Shown: piece after piece, positions 1-9,679 of the stretch
Layout of the letters: the number at the start of each line of letters is the position of its first letter
Numbering within the stretch: position 1 is the stretch's first letter
DNA from: Candidatus Gastranaerophilales bacterium
Lineage (GTDB): Bacteria; Cyanobacteriota; Vampirovibrionia; Gastranaerophilales; Gastranaerophilaceae
DNA length: 64,000 nucleotides
Reading direction: 5' to 3'
NCBI GenBank assembly: GCA_944324845.1
Contig: CALUXX010000002.1
Coordinates: 42,496 to 106,495, forward strand
Position numbers and translations under genes: made by a program
Notes under the pieces: model-generated
Database searches by the model: none
The model's input: only the letters and a program-made list of their open reading frames with translations
What the model was told of the DNA's origin: nothing

Positions 1-1205
1 GCTTTGTCATATGCTTCTTGAGCTTTTTTATAATCTGTTTGTGCTTTTTGTAGATTTTCTTTCGCTTTAGTTTGTTTATCCCTTTCTGTTTCCAAAGTAG
101 ATTGTGCTTTATCTAAATTTTCTTTCGCTTCATTTGCAGCTGTATTTGCTTTATCTCTTGTTGAATCTGCTTTATCTTCTTGTTCTTGAGTTTTCTTTTG
201 ATTAGCTTCCGCAGTTTGTTTTTCACGTTTCGCATTTTCAACTGCTGTTTTTGCAGTTTGGTAATTAGGGTTAGGTGTTTGATTTCCGTTTGCATCGGTT
301 ATGTATTGTGGTGTATTGGCAAGTGTTGCTTCTGCATCTGCTAATTTTTGAGTTGCTTGACTTACTTGATCTTTAGCTCGAATATTAGCTTCTACTGCTG
401 CTCCATATTGAGCATCAGCATTTTTCAACGCATTTAATCTTGAATCTCTTAAATCAGTTGAAGTTTTTACACTGTTATTAGCGTTTGTTACACTTTGTTG
501 TGCATCTTTAACATTTTCTTTTGTATCGCTTACATCTGATTTGTAACTATCCATATTAGATTTAGCTTCAGTTGCATTTGATTCGTAATTACCGCTTGCC
601 GCAGTTTGTTTCATTTGAGATAGTTGTCCTTCAGCGTTTGAAATTGCAGATGATAGTTCGCCTGAAGTTTGAGCATTTCGCATTGAAGATACACTAGATT
701 GACCTACTGTTGAAGCTAATTGAGGAGCTGCCTCAGGATTACCAAGACTGCTCATTGCAGCATCCATTCTTTGGCTGTTTGTAGCACCACCAAATAATTG
801 ACTTCCAAATTGGAATGCTTTAAGTGCTATAGAACCATAAAGCATAGCTTTTTCAAGACCGCTCATGCCTTGTTGTTGTGGCATAGCAGCAACATATACC
901 GGTGTTGCTGCTTCGTAAGTTCGTCTTACTCCGTTGTTATTTAACCCAGCTCTGCGTCTGTTTAAATTTACTTGATTTCTGCCTTTTAATGTGTTTTGAC
1001 CTGAAACTCTGTTAAAGGCACTACTTTTACGGAACATTCCGTTAAATACAGAATTTTGAGAAGAAGCAGCAGTAGCTCCTCTCAAATTTTTTGCAGCTTG
1101 AGAGGAAACCCCTGAGGTTTTAGTATTCACGCTTATACTTCGGTTCCCGAAACTTCCGGAACCCAAGCCAGCGAGTTTATGCTTTTGTGTTGCATTAATA
1201 CTCAT
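1..1205 (-). CDS. Hypothetical coiled-coil protein, C-terminal part cut off by the window edge
   Basis: ATG at 1205-1203 on the minus strand. My hand translation stays open to position 3, and I checked positions 3-180 codon by codon. It is absent from the ORF track because no stop lies in the window. The N-terminus is MSINATQKHKLAGLGSGSFGN. A Ser/Asn/Gln-rich stretch follows, then an A/K/E/Q/T-rich heptad-like sequence (DKAQSTLETERDKQTKAKENLQKAQTDYKKAQEAYDKA). No family recognised. Confidence 0.6.
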   Translation of the reverse strand, partial: MSINATQKHKLAGLGSGSFGNRSISVNTKTSGVSSQAAKNLRGATAASSQNSVFNGMFRKSSAFNRVSGQNTLKGRNQVNLNRRRAGLNNNGVRRTYEAATPVYVAAMPQQQGMSGLEKAMLYGSIALKAFQFGSQLFGGATNSQRMDAAMSSLGNPEAAPQLASTVGQSSVSSMRNAQTSGELSSAISNAEGQLSQMKQTAASGNYESNATEAKSNMDSYKSDVSDTKENVKDAQQSVTNANNSVKTSTDLRDSRLNALKNADAQYGAAVEANIRAKDQVSQATQKLADAEATLANTPQYITDANGNQTPNPNYQTAKTAVENAKREKQTAEANQKKTQEQEDKADSTRDKANTAANEAKENLDKAQSTLETERDKQTKAKENLQKAQTDYKKAQEAYDK

Positions 1206-1501
1206 AGTTGCTCTCTCATTTTTATACTCTTAAATATATAAAAACATGCGAAAAGGCTTGATTTCACATGTTCTGGGAGTTGTTACAAAAGTTTACACAA
1301 ATTTCAAAGCTATAATATTTACAAAAATTTACAAACAAAAATTTAAAGAAGAAGTCAAACCTGTATTATTTGTTTACAATTAGATTGCAATTTATTTTTT
1401 TTGATATAGAATAAGAGCATAAGCCGAAAATAGATAGAATGTGTACTGCACATTCTATTTTAAATAGGAAACAAGTTAATAATATAAAAGGAAATAAAAT
1501 T

Positions 1502-1669
1502 ATGGGTATCAAAGGAAAAAATGACAGAATGGTAGTTTTAGCATGTGAAGAATGCAAAGAAAGAAACTACACAACAACAAAAAACAAGAAAAACAACAAA
1601 GAAAGAATGGAATTGAACAAATATTGTCCAAAATGCCAAAAACACACAGCGCATAAGGAAACTAAGTAG
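1502..1669 (+). CDS. rpmG: 50S ribosomal protein L33
   Basis: The 55-aa product [55 protein letters not shown] has the two CxxC pairs typical of zinc-ribbon L33. It sits in the conserved position upstream of tRNA-Trp and secE. The track start at 1439 is an upstream extension. Confidence 0.9.
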   Translation: MGIKGKNDRMVVLACEECKERNYTTTKNKKNNKERMELNKYCPKCQKHTAHKETK

Positions 1670-1712
1670 ATTCTCAATATTGGGGAATTACAACTGAGAT
1701 TTCCCAATATGT

Positions 1713-1785
1713 GCGTCCTTAGTTCAGTTGGTAGAACGTCGGTCTCCAAAACCGGATGTCGAGGGTTCGAGTCCTTCAGGGCGCG
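1713..1785 (+). tRNA. trnW: tRNA-Trp (anticodon CCA)
   Basis: Hand-folded 73-nt cloverleaf. Acceptor GCGTCCT pairs with AGGGCGC. D-arm is GTTC/GAAC. Anticodon stem is TCGGT/ACCGG with loop CTCCAAA (anticodon CCA). T-arm is GAGGG-TTCGAGT-CCTTC. Discriminator is G, and no 3' CCA is encoded. Confidence 0.9.
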
Positions 1786-1816
1786 ATTTTAAACTAAAAA
1801 TAAAGGATTATCAAAA

Positions 1817-2008
1817 ATGAACGAAACAATAGATGCAATAAAGACATACTTCAAGGGAGTAAGAGCCGAATGGGGTAAAATCAGTTGGCCGGAAAGACGA
1901 ACTGTAATAAGTGAAACCATTTCGGTAATAGTTATTGTATTTGTATTCACCGTTGCAATATATTTGATGGATCTAATATTCAAGGGTTTATTTAGCCTAA
2001 TAAAATAG
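1817..2008 (+). CDS. secE: Preprotein translocase subunit SecE
   Basis: 63 aa with a single C-terminal transmembrane helix (ISETISVIVIVFVFTVAIYLMD). Lies in the conserved rpmG-tRNA-secE-nusG context. Confidence 0.85.
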   Translation: MNETIDAIKTYFKGVRAEWGKISWPERRTVISETISVIVIVFVFTVAIYLMDLIFKGLFSLIK

Positions 2009-2037
2009 GATTTAAGCATAAAAATTAAAGGTGGCTT

Positions 2038-2664
2038 ATGACTAAAAAAGAAAAAACAATGGAAGAAGAATTAAACGAAGATATCTTGGAAGAACAATCC
2101 AAAGCAGCTGCAGAGCAAGCTGAGAAGGATGCCAAAAAGAACAAAAAAAGATGGTATATAGTTCACACATATTCAGGATATGAAAACAAGGTAAAAGTAA
2201 ATCTTGAAAAACGTATTGAATATATGAATATGGGTGACAAGATATTTAGAATAGAAGTTCCGCAAAAGACTGTTACTCAGATGAAATCTGGAAAGAAACA
2301 GGAAAAAGAAGAAAAAATCTTCCCGGGATATGTTCTTGTAGAAATGATAATGGACGAGGACAGCTGGTATGTTGTAAGACACACTTCCGGAGTAACAAAA
2401 TTTGTTGGTTCAGCGAAGAAGCCGATACCTGCAAGAGAAAGTGAAATCAAGAAGATTTTACACAGATCATCATCACAAGTTGAAAAAGTTGAATTGGATG
2501 TTAAAGCAGGTGATAAAGTTAGAATTATATCAGGACCATTTGCAGACTTTGATGCAGATATTGTTGAGGTATATCCTGATAAGTCTAAACTTAGAGCAAA
2601 TGTTTCAATCTTTGGACGTGAAACTCCGATAGAATTGGAATACAAACAAATAAACAAACTATAA
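2038..2664 (+). CDS. nusG: Transcription termination/antitermination factor NusG
   Basis: NGN motif WYIVHTYSGYENKV and KOW motif GDKVRIISGPFADFDADIVEV. It has an acidic/lysine-rich N-terminal extension of about 45 aa. An internal start at Met8 is possible. Confidence 0.9.
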   Translation: MTKKEKTMEEELNEDILEEQSKAAAEQAEKDAKKNKKRWYIVHTYSGYENKVKVNLEKRIEYMNMGDKIFRIEVPQKTVTQMKSGKKQEKEEKIFPGYVLVEMIMDEDSWYVVRHTSGVTKFVGSAKKPIPARESEIKKILHRSSSQVEKVELDVKAGDKVRIISGPFADFDADIVEVYPDKSKLRANVSIFGRETPIELEYKQINKL

Positions 2665-2749
2665 TTTAGTAAAACAGATAGTACAAAAGATGTGGAAGGA
2701 TTTTTATTCAGAGTGATAAAAACCGTTATTACCACAAAAGGAGAAAAAA

Positions 2750-3178
2750 ATGGCAAAAAAAGTAGTAGGAAAAATTAAACTTCAAATTGAAGCCGCAAAA
2801 GCAAATCCATCACCACCGGTTGGTCCTGCATTAGGTCAACATGGTGTTAACATAATGGACTTTTGCAAACAATTCAATGCAAAAACACAAGACAAGGCAG
2901 GATATATAATTCCGGTTGTAATTGATGTATATGAAGACAAAAGTTTCACATTCATCATCAAATCACCACCAGCTCCTGTATTGATTAAAAAAGCATTAAA
3001 TATATCAAAAGGCTCATCAGCACCTAACAAAGATAAGGTAGCAGAAATTACAAGAGCACAATTGGAAGAAATTGCTAAAATCAAAATGGACGACTTAAAT
3101 GCTACAACAATGGAAGCAGCAGTTAAGATGATAGCAGGTTCTTGCAGAGCAATGGGCGTAACCGTAAAGGATGCGTAG
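2750..3178 (+). CDS. rplK: 50S ribosomal protein L11
   Basis: [21 protein letters not shown] and the overall L11 sequence. An AGGAG ribosome binding site lies upstream. Confidence 0.95.
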   Translation: MAKKVVGKIKLQIEAAKANPSPPVGPALGQHGVNIMDFCKQFNAKTQDKAGYIIPVVIDVYEDKSFTFIIKSPPAPVLIKKALNISKGSSAPNKDKVAEITRAQLEEIAKIKMDDLNATTMEAAVKMIAGSCRAMGVTVKDA

Positions 3179-3312
3179 ATTTAATTGCTGTTGTGATACA
3201 AAAGTGTATTAAGACAGAACAAACACAAGTAACCGCTTAAGCAGTTAAATTATTAGGCGGAAAAATATGGAAGGACAGAAGTCCGCAAACACCATGAAAG
3301 GGAAATTAAAAA

Positions 3313-4035
3313 ATGTCAAAAATAACTAAAAAACAAAGAAAAATGCAAGAAATGCTAGAAGGTTTTGTACAACCATCTACAGCAGTTGATGCAATAAAAA
3401 AATTACAAGAAATTTCAAAAGAAGTTTCAAAATTTAACGAAACAGTAGAATGCCATATGCGTTTAGGTATTGACGTTCGTCAAGCTGATCAACAAATCAG
3501 ATCAACAGTTGTATTACCAGCAGGTTTAGGTAAAGAAGTTAAAGTTTGTGTAATTGCAAAAGGTGCAAAAGCAACTGAAGCAACTGAAGCTGGTGCAGAA
3601 TATGCTGGAGCAGAAGAAATTATTGATAAGATTTCTGGTGGCTGGTTTGATTTTGACACATTGATAGCAACACCTGATTGTATGGGTATGTTAGGTAAAT
3701 TGGGTCGTGTTTTAGGTCCAAAAGGTTTAATGCCAAACCCTAAAACTGGTACAGTTACTATGGATATTGCTAAAGCAGTTAAAGATGCTAAAGCAGGTAA
3801 AGTTGAATACAGAGCTGACAAACAAGGTATGATTCACTGTCCTATAGGTAAAATCCAGTTTAGCGAAGAAGATTTGGTTAAAAACTATGCAACATTAGCT
3901 GATGCTATTTTGAAAGCTAAACCAGCATCTTCAAAAGGAACTTTTGTTAAATCAGTTTACTTATCAACAACAATGGGACCTGGTATCAAACTTGATCCAA
4001 AAACATTTGCTGCTGAAGTAAAAGAATTAGTTTAA
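3313..4035 (+). CDS. rplA: 50S ribosomal protein L1
   Basis: [27 protein letters not shown] and the overall L1 sequence. It follows rplK after an unusually long 134-nt spacer. Confidence 0.95.
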   Translation: MSKITKKQRKMQEMLEGFVQPSTAVDAIKKLQEISKEVSKFNETVECHMRLGIDVRQADQQIRSTVVLPAGLGKEVKVCVIAKGAKATEATEAGAEYAGAEEIIDKISGGWFDFDTLIATPDCMGMLGKLGRVLGPKGLMPNPKTGTVTMDIAKAVKDAKAGKVEYRADKQGMIHCPIGKIQFSEEDLVKNYATLADAILKAKPASSKGTFVKSVYLSTTMGPGIKLDPKTFAAEVKELV

Positions 4036-4052
4036 GATTGTAATTTACTAAT

Positions 4053-4088
4053 AAAAAAAGGCACTCTTGAAAAAGGGTGCCTTTTTTT
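4053..4088 (+). terminator. Rho-independent terminator after rplA
   Basis: Stem AAGGCACTC (4058-4066) pairs with GGGTGCCTT (4075-4083), with one G-T pair. A T7 run follows. Confidence 0.8.
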
Positions 4089-4133
4089 GCTAGTATTTTG
4101 TTTTAAAATAGTGTGTATATTGAAGGAGGAATT

Positions 4134-4697
4134 ATGTTGAGTGAAAAAGATAAAATGTTACAAGGATTGTTATATGATGCAAATTATGATGAATCTTTGA
4201 AGTTAGAGCGAAATAAAGCAAAAAGAATTTGCCAAGAATATAACCATCTTGTGTATGATGATTTTGAGGGCAGAAAGAAGTTATTAAAAACACTTTTAGG
4301 TAAGACCGGAGAAAATTTTTTGATAGAACCTTCATTTTATTGTGATTATGGGTATAATATTGAAATTGGAGAGAATTTTTATTCTAATCACAATTTAGTT
4401 ATTTTAGATCCTGGGAAGGTTAAGTTTGGGGATAATGTATTTATTGGGCCAAATTGTGGATTTTATACCGCAAATCATCCGTTGGATCCTGCTATGCGCA
4501 ATAAGGGTTTAGAAGATGCCAAACCTATAGTTGTTGGAGATAATGTATGGTTTGGAGGAAATGTTGTTGTTTTATCAGGAGTCAAAATAGGCAATAATTG
4601 TACAATAGGTGCAGGAAGTGTAGTTACCAAAGATATCCCTGATAATTCTCTTGCAGTTGGTAGTCCTTGCAAAGTTATTCGTAAGATAACAGAATAA
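4134..4697 (+). CDS. maa: Maltose/galactoside O-acetyltransferase family protein (left-handed beta-helix)
   Basis: Mac-type N-terminus (MLQGLLYDANYDESLKLERNKAKRICQEYN) and hexapeptide repeats (VWFGGNVVVLSGVKIGNNCTIGAGSVV). I prefer the ATG at 4134, which has GAAGGAGGA 4 nt upstream, over the GTG at 4113 used by the track. Confidence 0.8.
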   Translation: MLSEKDKMLQGLLYDANYDESLKLERNKAKRICQEYNHLVYDDFEGRKKLLKTLLGKTGENFLIEPSFYCDYGYNIEIGENFYSNHNLVILDPGKVKFGDNVFIGPNCGFYTANHPLDPAMRNKGLEDAKPIVVGDNVWFGGNVVVLSGVKIGNNCTIGAGSVVTKDIPDNSLAVGSPCKVIRKITE

Positions 4698-4698
4698 T

Positions 4699-5229
4699 TT
4701 ATAACCATTCAGGGTAGTAATAAATTGTTATAATATCTTTTGGTCTAAGCCTTGCGTGTCCACCTTTGATAAAGTTTGTAAGGGAACCTACAAAAGGTAT
4801 TGGTGTTAGTGCCCATTTAAGCGGATAAACCCAGAAACATCTGTTTTGCCCTTTTTTGATATAAGTGCTTTGCATTTGAGAATTTTTTATTCCCGGAATT
4901 TCAAAATCATCAACAATTATTTCAGCAGGAAAACCATTCATACCTGCTGTGATTATTGTTTCAATATGTCCATTTATAATATCACCTTTTTTAACGATAC
5001 TTTGTCCATTATAAAAAACGTCTTTAAGTACTCTAAATTTAAGTATATCGCCTTCATTAAGAGGTTCTTTTGTTGTAAATTCTTCAACAATAGCTAATTT
5101 TATAGGAACTGAGGTTGTGCTTAAATAATTGTACGGCAAAGTTTTTGCTTGTGGAACATTTTCTTCTGTGCAAAACCCAGGTGTTATAAGGAATATGAAA
5201 AATAAAATTAAAATCACAAATTTATTCAT
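4699..5229 (-). CDS. Hypothetical secreted protein
   Basis: N-terminal signal-like hydrophobic segment MNKFVILILFFIFLITPGFC. Overlaps the upstream gene by 8 nt, so the two are probably co-transcribed. No family recognised. Confidence 0.55.
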   Translation of the reverse strand: MNKFVILILFFIFLITPGFCTEENVPQAKTLPYNYLSTTSVPIKLAIVEEFTTKEPLNEGDILKFRVLKDVFYNGQSIVKKGDIINGHIETIITAGMNGFPAEIIVDDFEIPGIKNSQMQSTYIKKGQNRCFWVYPLKWALTPIPFVGSLTNFIKGGHARLRPKDIITIYYYPEWL

Positions 5230-5908
5230 AATGAACTTCCTCTGTTGATTTTGATTGAATTTTATCTTCCAGTAATTTTCTGTTATTAACTGAATTTAGT
5301 AGAAAATTTTGATAATATTCATTATTTATATAATTTTCATCGTTAAGGTATTGTGGATATTTATAAGTTATGTACTCATAAATTCTTGCAAGACGTTTTG
5401 ACGTTAAATTGTGTCTTGAAAATCTATCCATTCTTTTTTGCGGACAGGTTTTATTTATATAAATTATAAGAGCAAGTGGAGAGTACCCTGCATTAACCAT
5501 ATAATCAACGGCTCTTTTATCGGCAACTGTTTCAAATTTTTTAGAACCTAGTGCAACTTGAACAGAATCCAATGTTCCACCCCAAATTCCGCTATAAGAT
5601 TTTACGGCAGTAGATATTTCTCTTGCTAGCATCGCAGCAAGCTCATCATCTGTTTGAATATGCTGATATAGTCCGTCATATACTATAACTTGTCTTTTCG
5701 TAAGTGCTTTATCTGTTGAAAGCAGTGCCTTTTTTGTTTTAGGGCTATATGTAAAGACAATTCGTTTAGGAATTTTATTGTAGTTTAGTAAATCAGTTCC
5801 GACTTTATCAATTCTTGTTTGTATTGCATTTTGTTCTTCAAGCGTATCAGCTGCAAAAGCAACGTTTGATGCTAATAAAATGCACAGAAATAATATAAAT
5901 TTTTTCAT
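5222..5908 (-). CDS. Secreted M48-peptidase-like protein that has lost both zinc-binding histidines
   Basis: Signal peptide MKKFILFLCILLASNVAFA. The M48-like core reads DDELAAMLAREISTAV where HExxH is expected (H to R and H to T). Downstream M48-like segments are ADKRAVDYMVNAGYSP and RHNLTSKRLARI. Confidence 0.55.
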   Translation of the reverse strand: MKKFILFLCILLASNVAFAADTLEEQNAIQTRIDKVGTDLLNYNKIPKRIVFTYSPKTKKALLSTDKALTKRQVIVYDGLYQHIQTDDELAAMLAREISTAVKSYSGIWGGTLDSVQVALGSKKFETVADKRAVDYMVNAGYSPLALIIYINKTCPQKRMDRFSRHNLTSKRLARIYEYITYKYPQYLNDENYINNEYYQNFLLNSVNNRKLLEDKIQSKSTEEVHYE

Positions 5909-5962
5909 TAATTCTCCACCCTTTTTATTTTCATATTATATCTATGACAATTAGTTTTGGCA

Positions 5963-6018
5963 ATATCCTATCTTTCTCAAAGATGTAAAGATATATTTAA
6001 GTATATCCTAAAGGATAT
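5963..6018. promoter_or_regulatory. Candidate operator in the divergent promoter region: ATATCCTA half-site plus a 16-bp perfect palindrome
   Basis: ATATCCT-AA-AGGATAT at 6003-6018 is a perfect inverted repeat. The 8-mer ATATCCTA also occurs at 5963-5970, 40 bp upstream. The site lies between the divergent 5908(-) and 6113(+) genes. Confidence 0.25.
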
Positions 6019-6112
6019 TCATTAAGTAAGATGTTTATGTTAGTATGAACTTGCCCAAAATTATTTAGGCACAATAGCTGAAATTGTAGATAAAAAATTA
6101 AAAACCAGACGA

Positions 6113-7507
6113 ATGGAAAGGGAATTAAGAATAAAAATAAGTAGAATTATTTTTATAATAGTGGCAATGCTGCTATTTATTGTGCTGTTTTCTAATAGCG
6201 TATTCGCGCTGGAGGCAGATTCTTCTGACCAATCAGATAACGCAGTAACAACAGAAGAAATTTCAGAACCTGTATTAGAGATTAGCCGTCTGATGGAAAA
6301 GGTAAAATCATACTCTTATGAACTTCAAATAGGTGCCAAAACACGGGAAATTAATACTCAAGGTATAAAAATTGAAAGAAGCGAATATTATCCGAAATTA
6401 AATCTTCAAGCTGGCACTGAATATACTAAGAATATGCGGGATAACAATATAGGAATGGTAACAACAGTTGGGGATATGTTTTTAAATCCATACACACGTT
6501 ATCAATCAATTATGGGTTTAGTTTTAAGTTATAACTTATTTGATTTTGGAGTAAGACGAGGAAAACTGGATATTGCAAAGGCAAGTGTTCAGATAAGCGA
6601 AATAGAAGAACAGGAAAAATGCCAAGATATATATTTGAAAGTATTAGATATTTATACAAAAATTCTTGTAATCAAAAAGCAGATAGATATAAATGAAGAG
6701 ATTTTGCAAATAGAAAAATCAAATTTGGAACTTCAAAATAGATTATACAAAGCGAAGCAAATTACTAAAAATGATTTAAATAATTCGGAAGTAAAAGTAG
6801 CAAAGGTTCAACGCAGAATAAATGAATTACGTTCGATATTGCTGGAAAACTTGGAAAATCTTTCATATTATACAGGTGAAAAATATGATATAGCAGATTT
6901 AAAGATAAAAGAATCTCCAACCCCGCAACTTTCAGATTCCGATCCGGATTATACAAATAGTATAGTTTGGAAATTATATGAAAAACAGATTAAGAAAAAA
7001 GATTTAGAAATAAAAGTATTAAAGCGTAGTAACTATCCGAAAGTAACGGCATATGGAAGGTATTATTTATATGGTTCAGATCCTTCAAGTTACGGAAGTT
7101 CATTAGGCGATATAAGTGCTTCAAATTATACAATTGGTGGAACAGTAAGTATGCCGATATTTGATGGCTTAAAAAATCGTGAAGAAATAAAGAAAGCAGA
7201 AATAGAAAAAAGCCAACTGGAAATTGAAAGAGATAAATCTATGGCTGAGTACAAAATGCGTCTGATGACATTACGCCACAATTTAGTTTATGAAAATGAT
7301 CAAATAAAAACAGATAACGAGATTTTAAAATCATTAAACGAAAAGGTATCAAATCAAACAAGGTTATTATCAAAGAAATTGATAAGTCCAACAGAATTAA
7401 ATGATGCCAAGATAGAAAAACTGGAACAAGAAATTGAGTTAACCAAAGATAACTTGATGAAATTTGCGATAGTAAAATCAATACAAATATTAACAGAAGT
7501 AAATTAA
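6113..7507 (+). CDS. TolC-like outer membrane efflux/secretion protein
   Basis: 464 aa with a hydrophobic N-terminal segment. It shows the two-repeat coiled-coil-rich architecture typical of outer-membrane factor proteins. It sits immediately upstream of the ABC and HlyD-like genes, 1 nt from the ABC start. Confidence 0.7.
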   Translation: MERELRIKISRIIFIIVAMLLFIVLFSNSVFALEADSSDQSDNAVTTEEISEPVLEISRLMEKVKSYSYELQIGAKTREINTQGIKIERSEYYPKLNLQAGTEYTKNMRDNNIGMVTTVGDMFLNPYTRYQSIMGLVLSYNLFDFGVRRGKLDIAKASVQISEIEEQEKCQDIYLKVLDIYTKILVIKKQIDINEEILQIEKSNLELQNRLYKAKQITKNDLNNSEVKVAKVQRRINELRSILLENLENLSYYTGEKYDIADLKIKESPTPQLSDSDPDYTNSIVWKLYEKQIKKKDLEIKVLKRSNYPKVTAYGRYYLYGSDPSSYGSSLGDISASNYTIGGTVSMPIFDGLKNREEIKKAEIEKSQLEIERDKSMAEYKMRLMTLRHNLVYENDQIKTDNEILKSLNEKVSNQTRLLSKKLISPTELNDAKIEKLEQEIELTKDNLMKFAIVKSIQILTEVN

Positions 7508-7508
7508 G

Positions 7509-9671
7509 GTGAAAATAATGTTGAACCGAGCAGAACAAGGACAAAATTCAATAGAAAAATTAAACGATATAAATACAGGAATATTAGCACTGGAAGTTGT
7601 ATTGAGTCTAAAAGGTTTAGAATCAATGGTTAGTGCAAAAGTTCGAGAATATGGAATAACAGGTAAGAATTTAACTCCTGAAGAACTTTTATTGATAGGC
7701 AAAGTTTCGGGTTTGAAAATTAAGCGCAAACGCATTGGTGTACTTGATTTAGCGGGACATTATCCATTCCCTGCAATATGTCGTTATGAGAATGGCAATT
7801 ATGTAGTTCTTTTAGGAGTTAAAGAATCAGAAGAAAAGGTTTTGATATTAGAGCTTCCAAAACTTCAAGCAGAAACCAGAAATCTCAATGATTTTTCACA
7901 AGAAATAGAAGAATATATTTTTGTTATGAAAAATTGCCCAATGTCAAAGGAAGCAGAATTTGGTTTTAGGTGGTTTTTCAATGAAATAAGTAAATATAGT
8001 GGAATTATAACCGAAGTTTTGTTAGGTTCATTTGTTGTGCAGATATTTGGAATAGTAACACCATTATTTACACAAGTTATAATAGATAAAGTTTTGGTTC
8101 ATAACTCAATACCGACACTACAAGTGATGGGTATTGCCTTTTTGATAGTTGCGCTATTTGAATTTTTATTAAATGTTTCCAGAAATTATATTTTTATACA
8201 TACAACAAATAAAATAGATGCAAAATTAGGAGCAAAAATTTTCAAACATTTGTTGCGTTTATATTATGTGTATTTTGAAAATAGACCTGTAGGAAACATA
8301 ATTTTACGAGTAAGGGAACTTGATAGAATAAGGGAATTTATTACAGAAAAATCTGTATCTTTAATAATAGATACGGTATTTTCTGCGGTATTCATAATTG
8401 TAATGCTTTTATACAGTACAAAACTAACCATAATAGCGTTAATTTATGTATTAGTTTTGGGTCTGCTTTATATTTTGATAACACCTGAATTAAGAAATCG
8501 TTTGGATGAAAAATTTCGCCTAAGTTCTAAACAAAATTCATATTTAGTAGAAACAATAACAGGTATTCAGACCGTAAAATCAATGAGTTTAGAAGGCTCT
8601 TTTTACAGAAAATGGGAAGAAAAATTAGGCGAATATTTAAACTCCAGTTTTAAACTTTCAATATTTGGGAAAGTTACAGGTTCATTATCTCAAGTGTTAC
8701 AAAAACTAATGACTATAACAATTTTATATATTGGTGTAATGGAAGTTATAAGCGGAAGATTGACAATAGGTCAGTTGATTGCATTTCAAATGATAGCAGG
8801 TCAATTTAGCAGTCCGATGTTGAGATTGTTGAATTTATGGAATGAATTTCAACAGGCATTATTGTCCGTTGAAAGAATTGGTGAGATTTTGAATAGCCCA
8901 AAAGAACATCAATCAGGTAAGGCAATAAGACTTTTAAAACTTACCGGAGCGATAAAGATTGAGAATTTATCATTCAGATATAATGTTGACGGTCCAAAGG
9001 TATTGCAGAATGTGAATTTAGAAATACAACCCGGAATGCGTATTGGAATAGTTGGTCGAAGTGGCAGCGGAAAATCAACGATAGCAAAATTAATTCAAAG
9101 GTTATATTACGCAACTGAAGGAACTATATACATAGACGGAATAGATATTCGCAATTTAGATCCTATGTGGTTACGTTCAAAAATAGGCGTAGTATTGCAG
9201 GAAAATTATTTATTCTCAGGTAGTATTCGAGAAAATATTGCCTTACCAAATCCAAGCGTACCAATGGAGAGAATAATCGAAGTGGCAAAAGAATCAGGAG
9301 CTCACGAATTTATATCCAAATTACCTCACGGTTATGATACTGAAGTAGGTGAAAGAGGTTCGACATTATCGGGTGGACAAAAACAAAGAATTGCAATAGC
9401 ACGAGCACTAATAACAAATCCTCGTATATTGATATTTGATGAAGCAACATCAGCTCTTGATTATGAATCAGAAAGAATAATCAGAGATAATATGGAGCGA
9501 ATAAGTAAAGGTCGAACAATGTTAATAATTGCACATAGATTATCAACTATAAAAGATTGTGACCAAATTGTATGCTTTGAAAACGGACAGATAGTTGAAG
9601 TCGGTACACATTCACAGCTTTTGAATCAAGATGGGTATTACAAAAAGTTATATGAATCACAAAGTAACTAG
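7509..9671 (+). CDS. Type I secretion ABC transporter (HlyB-type) with a degenerate N-terminal C39-like domain
   Basis: Walker A GRSGSGKST, ABC signature LSGGQKQRIAIARAL and Walker B ILIFDEATSALD, plus a six-helix transmembrane domain. The N-terminal 140 aa resemble a C39 peptidase, but Thr replaces the catalytic Cys (NTGILALEVV) and there is no His in the NYVVLLGV position. GTG start at 7509; an ATG at 7518 is the alternative. Confidence 0.85.
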   Translation: MKIMLNRAEQGQNSIEKLNDINTGILALEVVLSLKGLESMVSAKVREYGITGKNLTPEELLLIGKVSGLKIKRKRIGVLDLAGHYPFPAICRYENGNYVVLLGVKESEEKVLILELPKLQAETRNLNDFSQEIEEYIFVMKNCPMSKEAEFGFRWFFNEISKYSGIITEVLLGSFVVQIFGIVTPLFTQVIIDKVLVHNSIPTLQVMGIAFLIVALFEFLLNVSRNYIFIHTTNKIDAKLGAKIFKHLLRLYYVYFENRPVGNIILRVRELDRIREFITEKSVSLIIDTVFSAVFIIVMLLYSTKLTIIALIYVLVLGLLYILITPELRNRLDEKFRLSSKQNSYLVETITGIQTVKSMSLEGSFYRKWEEKLGEYLNSSFKLSIFGKVTGSLSQVLQKLMTITILYIGVMEVISGRLTIGQLIAFQMIAGQFSSPMLRLLNLWNEFQQALLSVERIGEILNSPKEHQSGKAIRLLKLTGAIKIENLSFRYNVDGPKVLQNVNLEIQPGMRIGIVGRSGSGKSTIAKLIQRLYYATEGTIYIDGIDIRNLDPMWLRSKIGVVLQENYLFSGSIRENIALPNPSVPMERIIEVAKESGAHEFISKLPHGYDTEVGERGSTLSGGQKQRIAIARALITNPRILIFDEATSALDYESERIIRDNMERISKGRTMLIIAHRLSTIKDCDQIVCFENGQIVEVGTHSQLLNQDGYYKKLYESQSN

Positions 9672-9679
9672 GAGCAGGC

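Noticed and set aside
2277-2756. A 159-aa minus-strand ORF.
   Set aside because: It is antisense to nusG, whose identity is unambiguous. I treat the other antisense ORFs in the track the same way, for example 3489-3821, 17769-17951, 18730-19032, 33354-33697, 41846-42199, 44412-44759, 59701-59916, 60109-60408 and 61500-61823.
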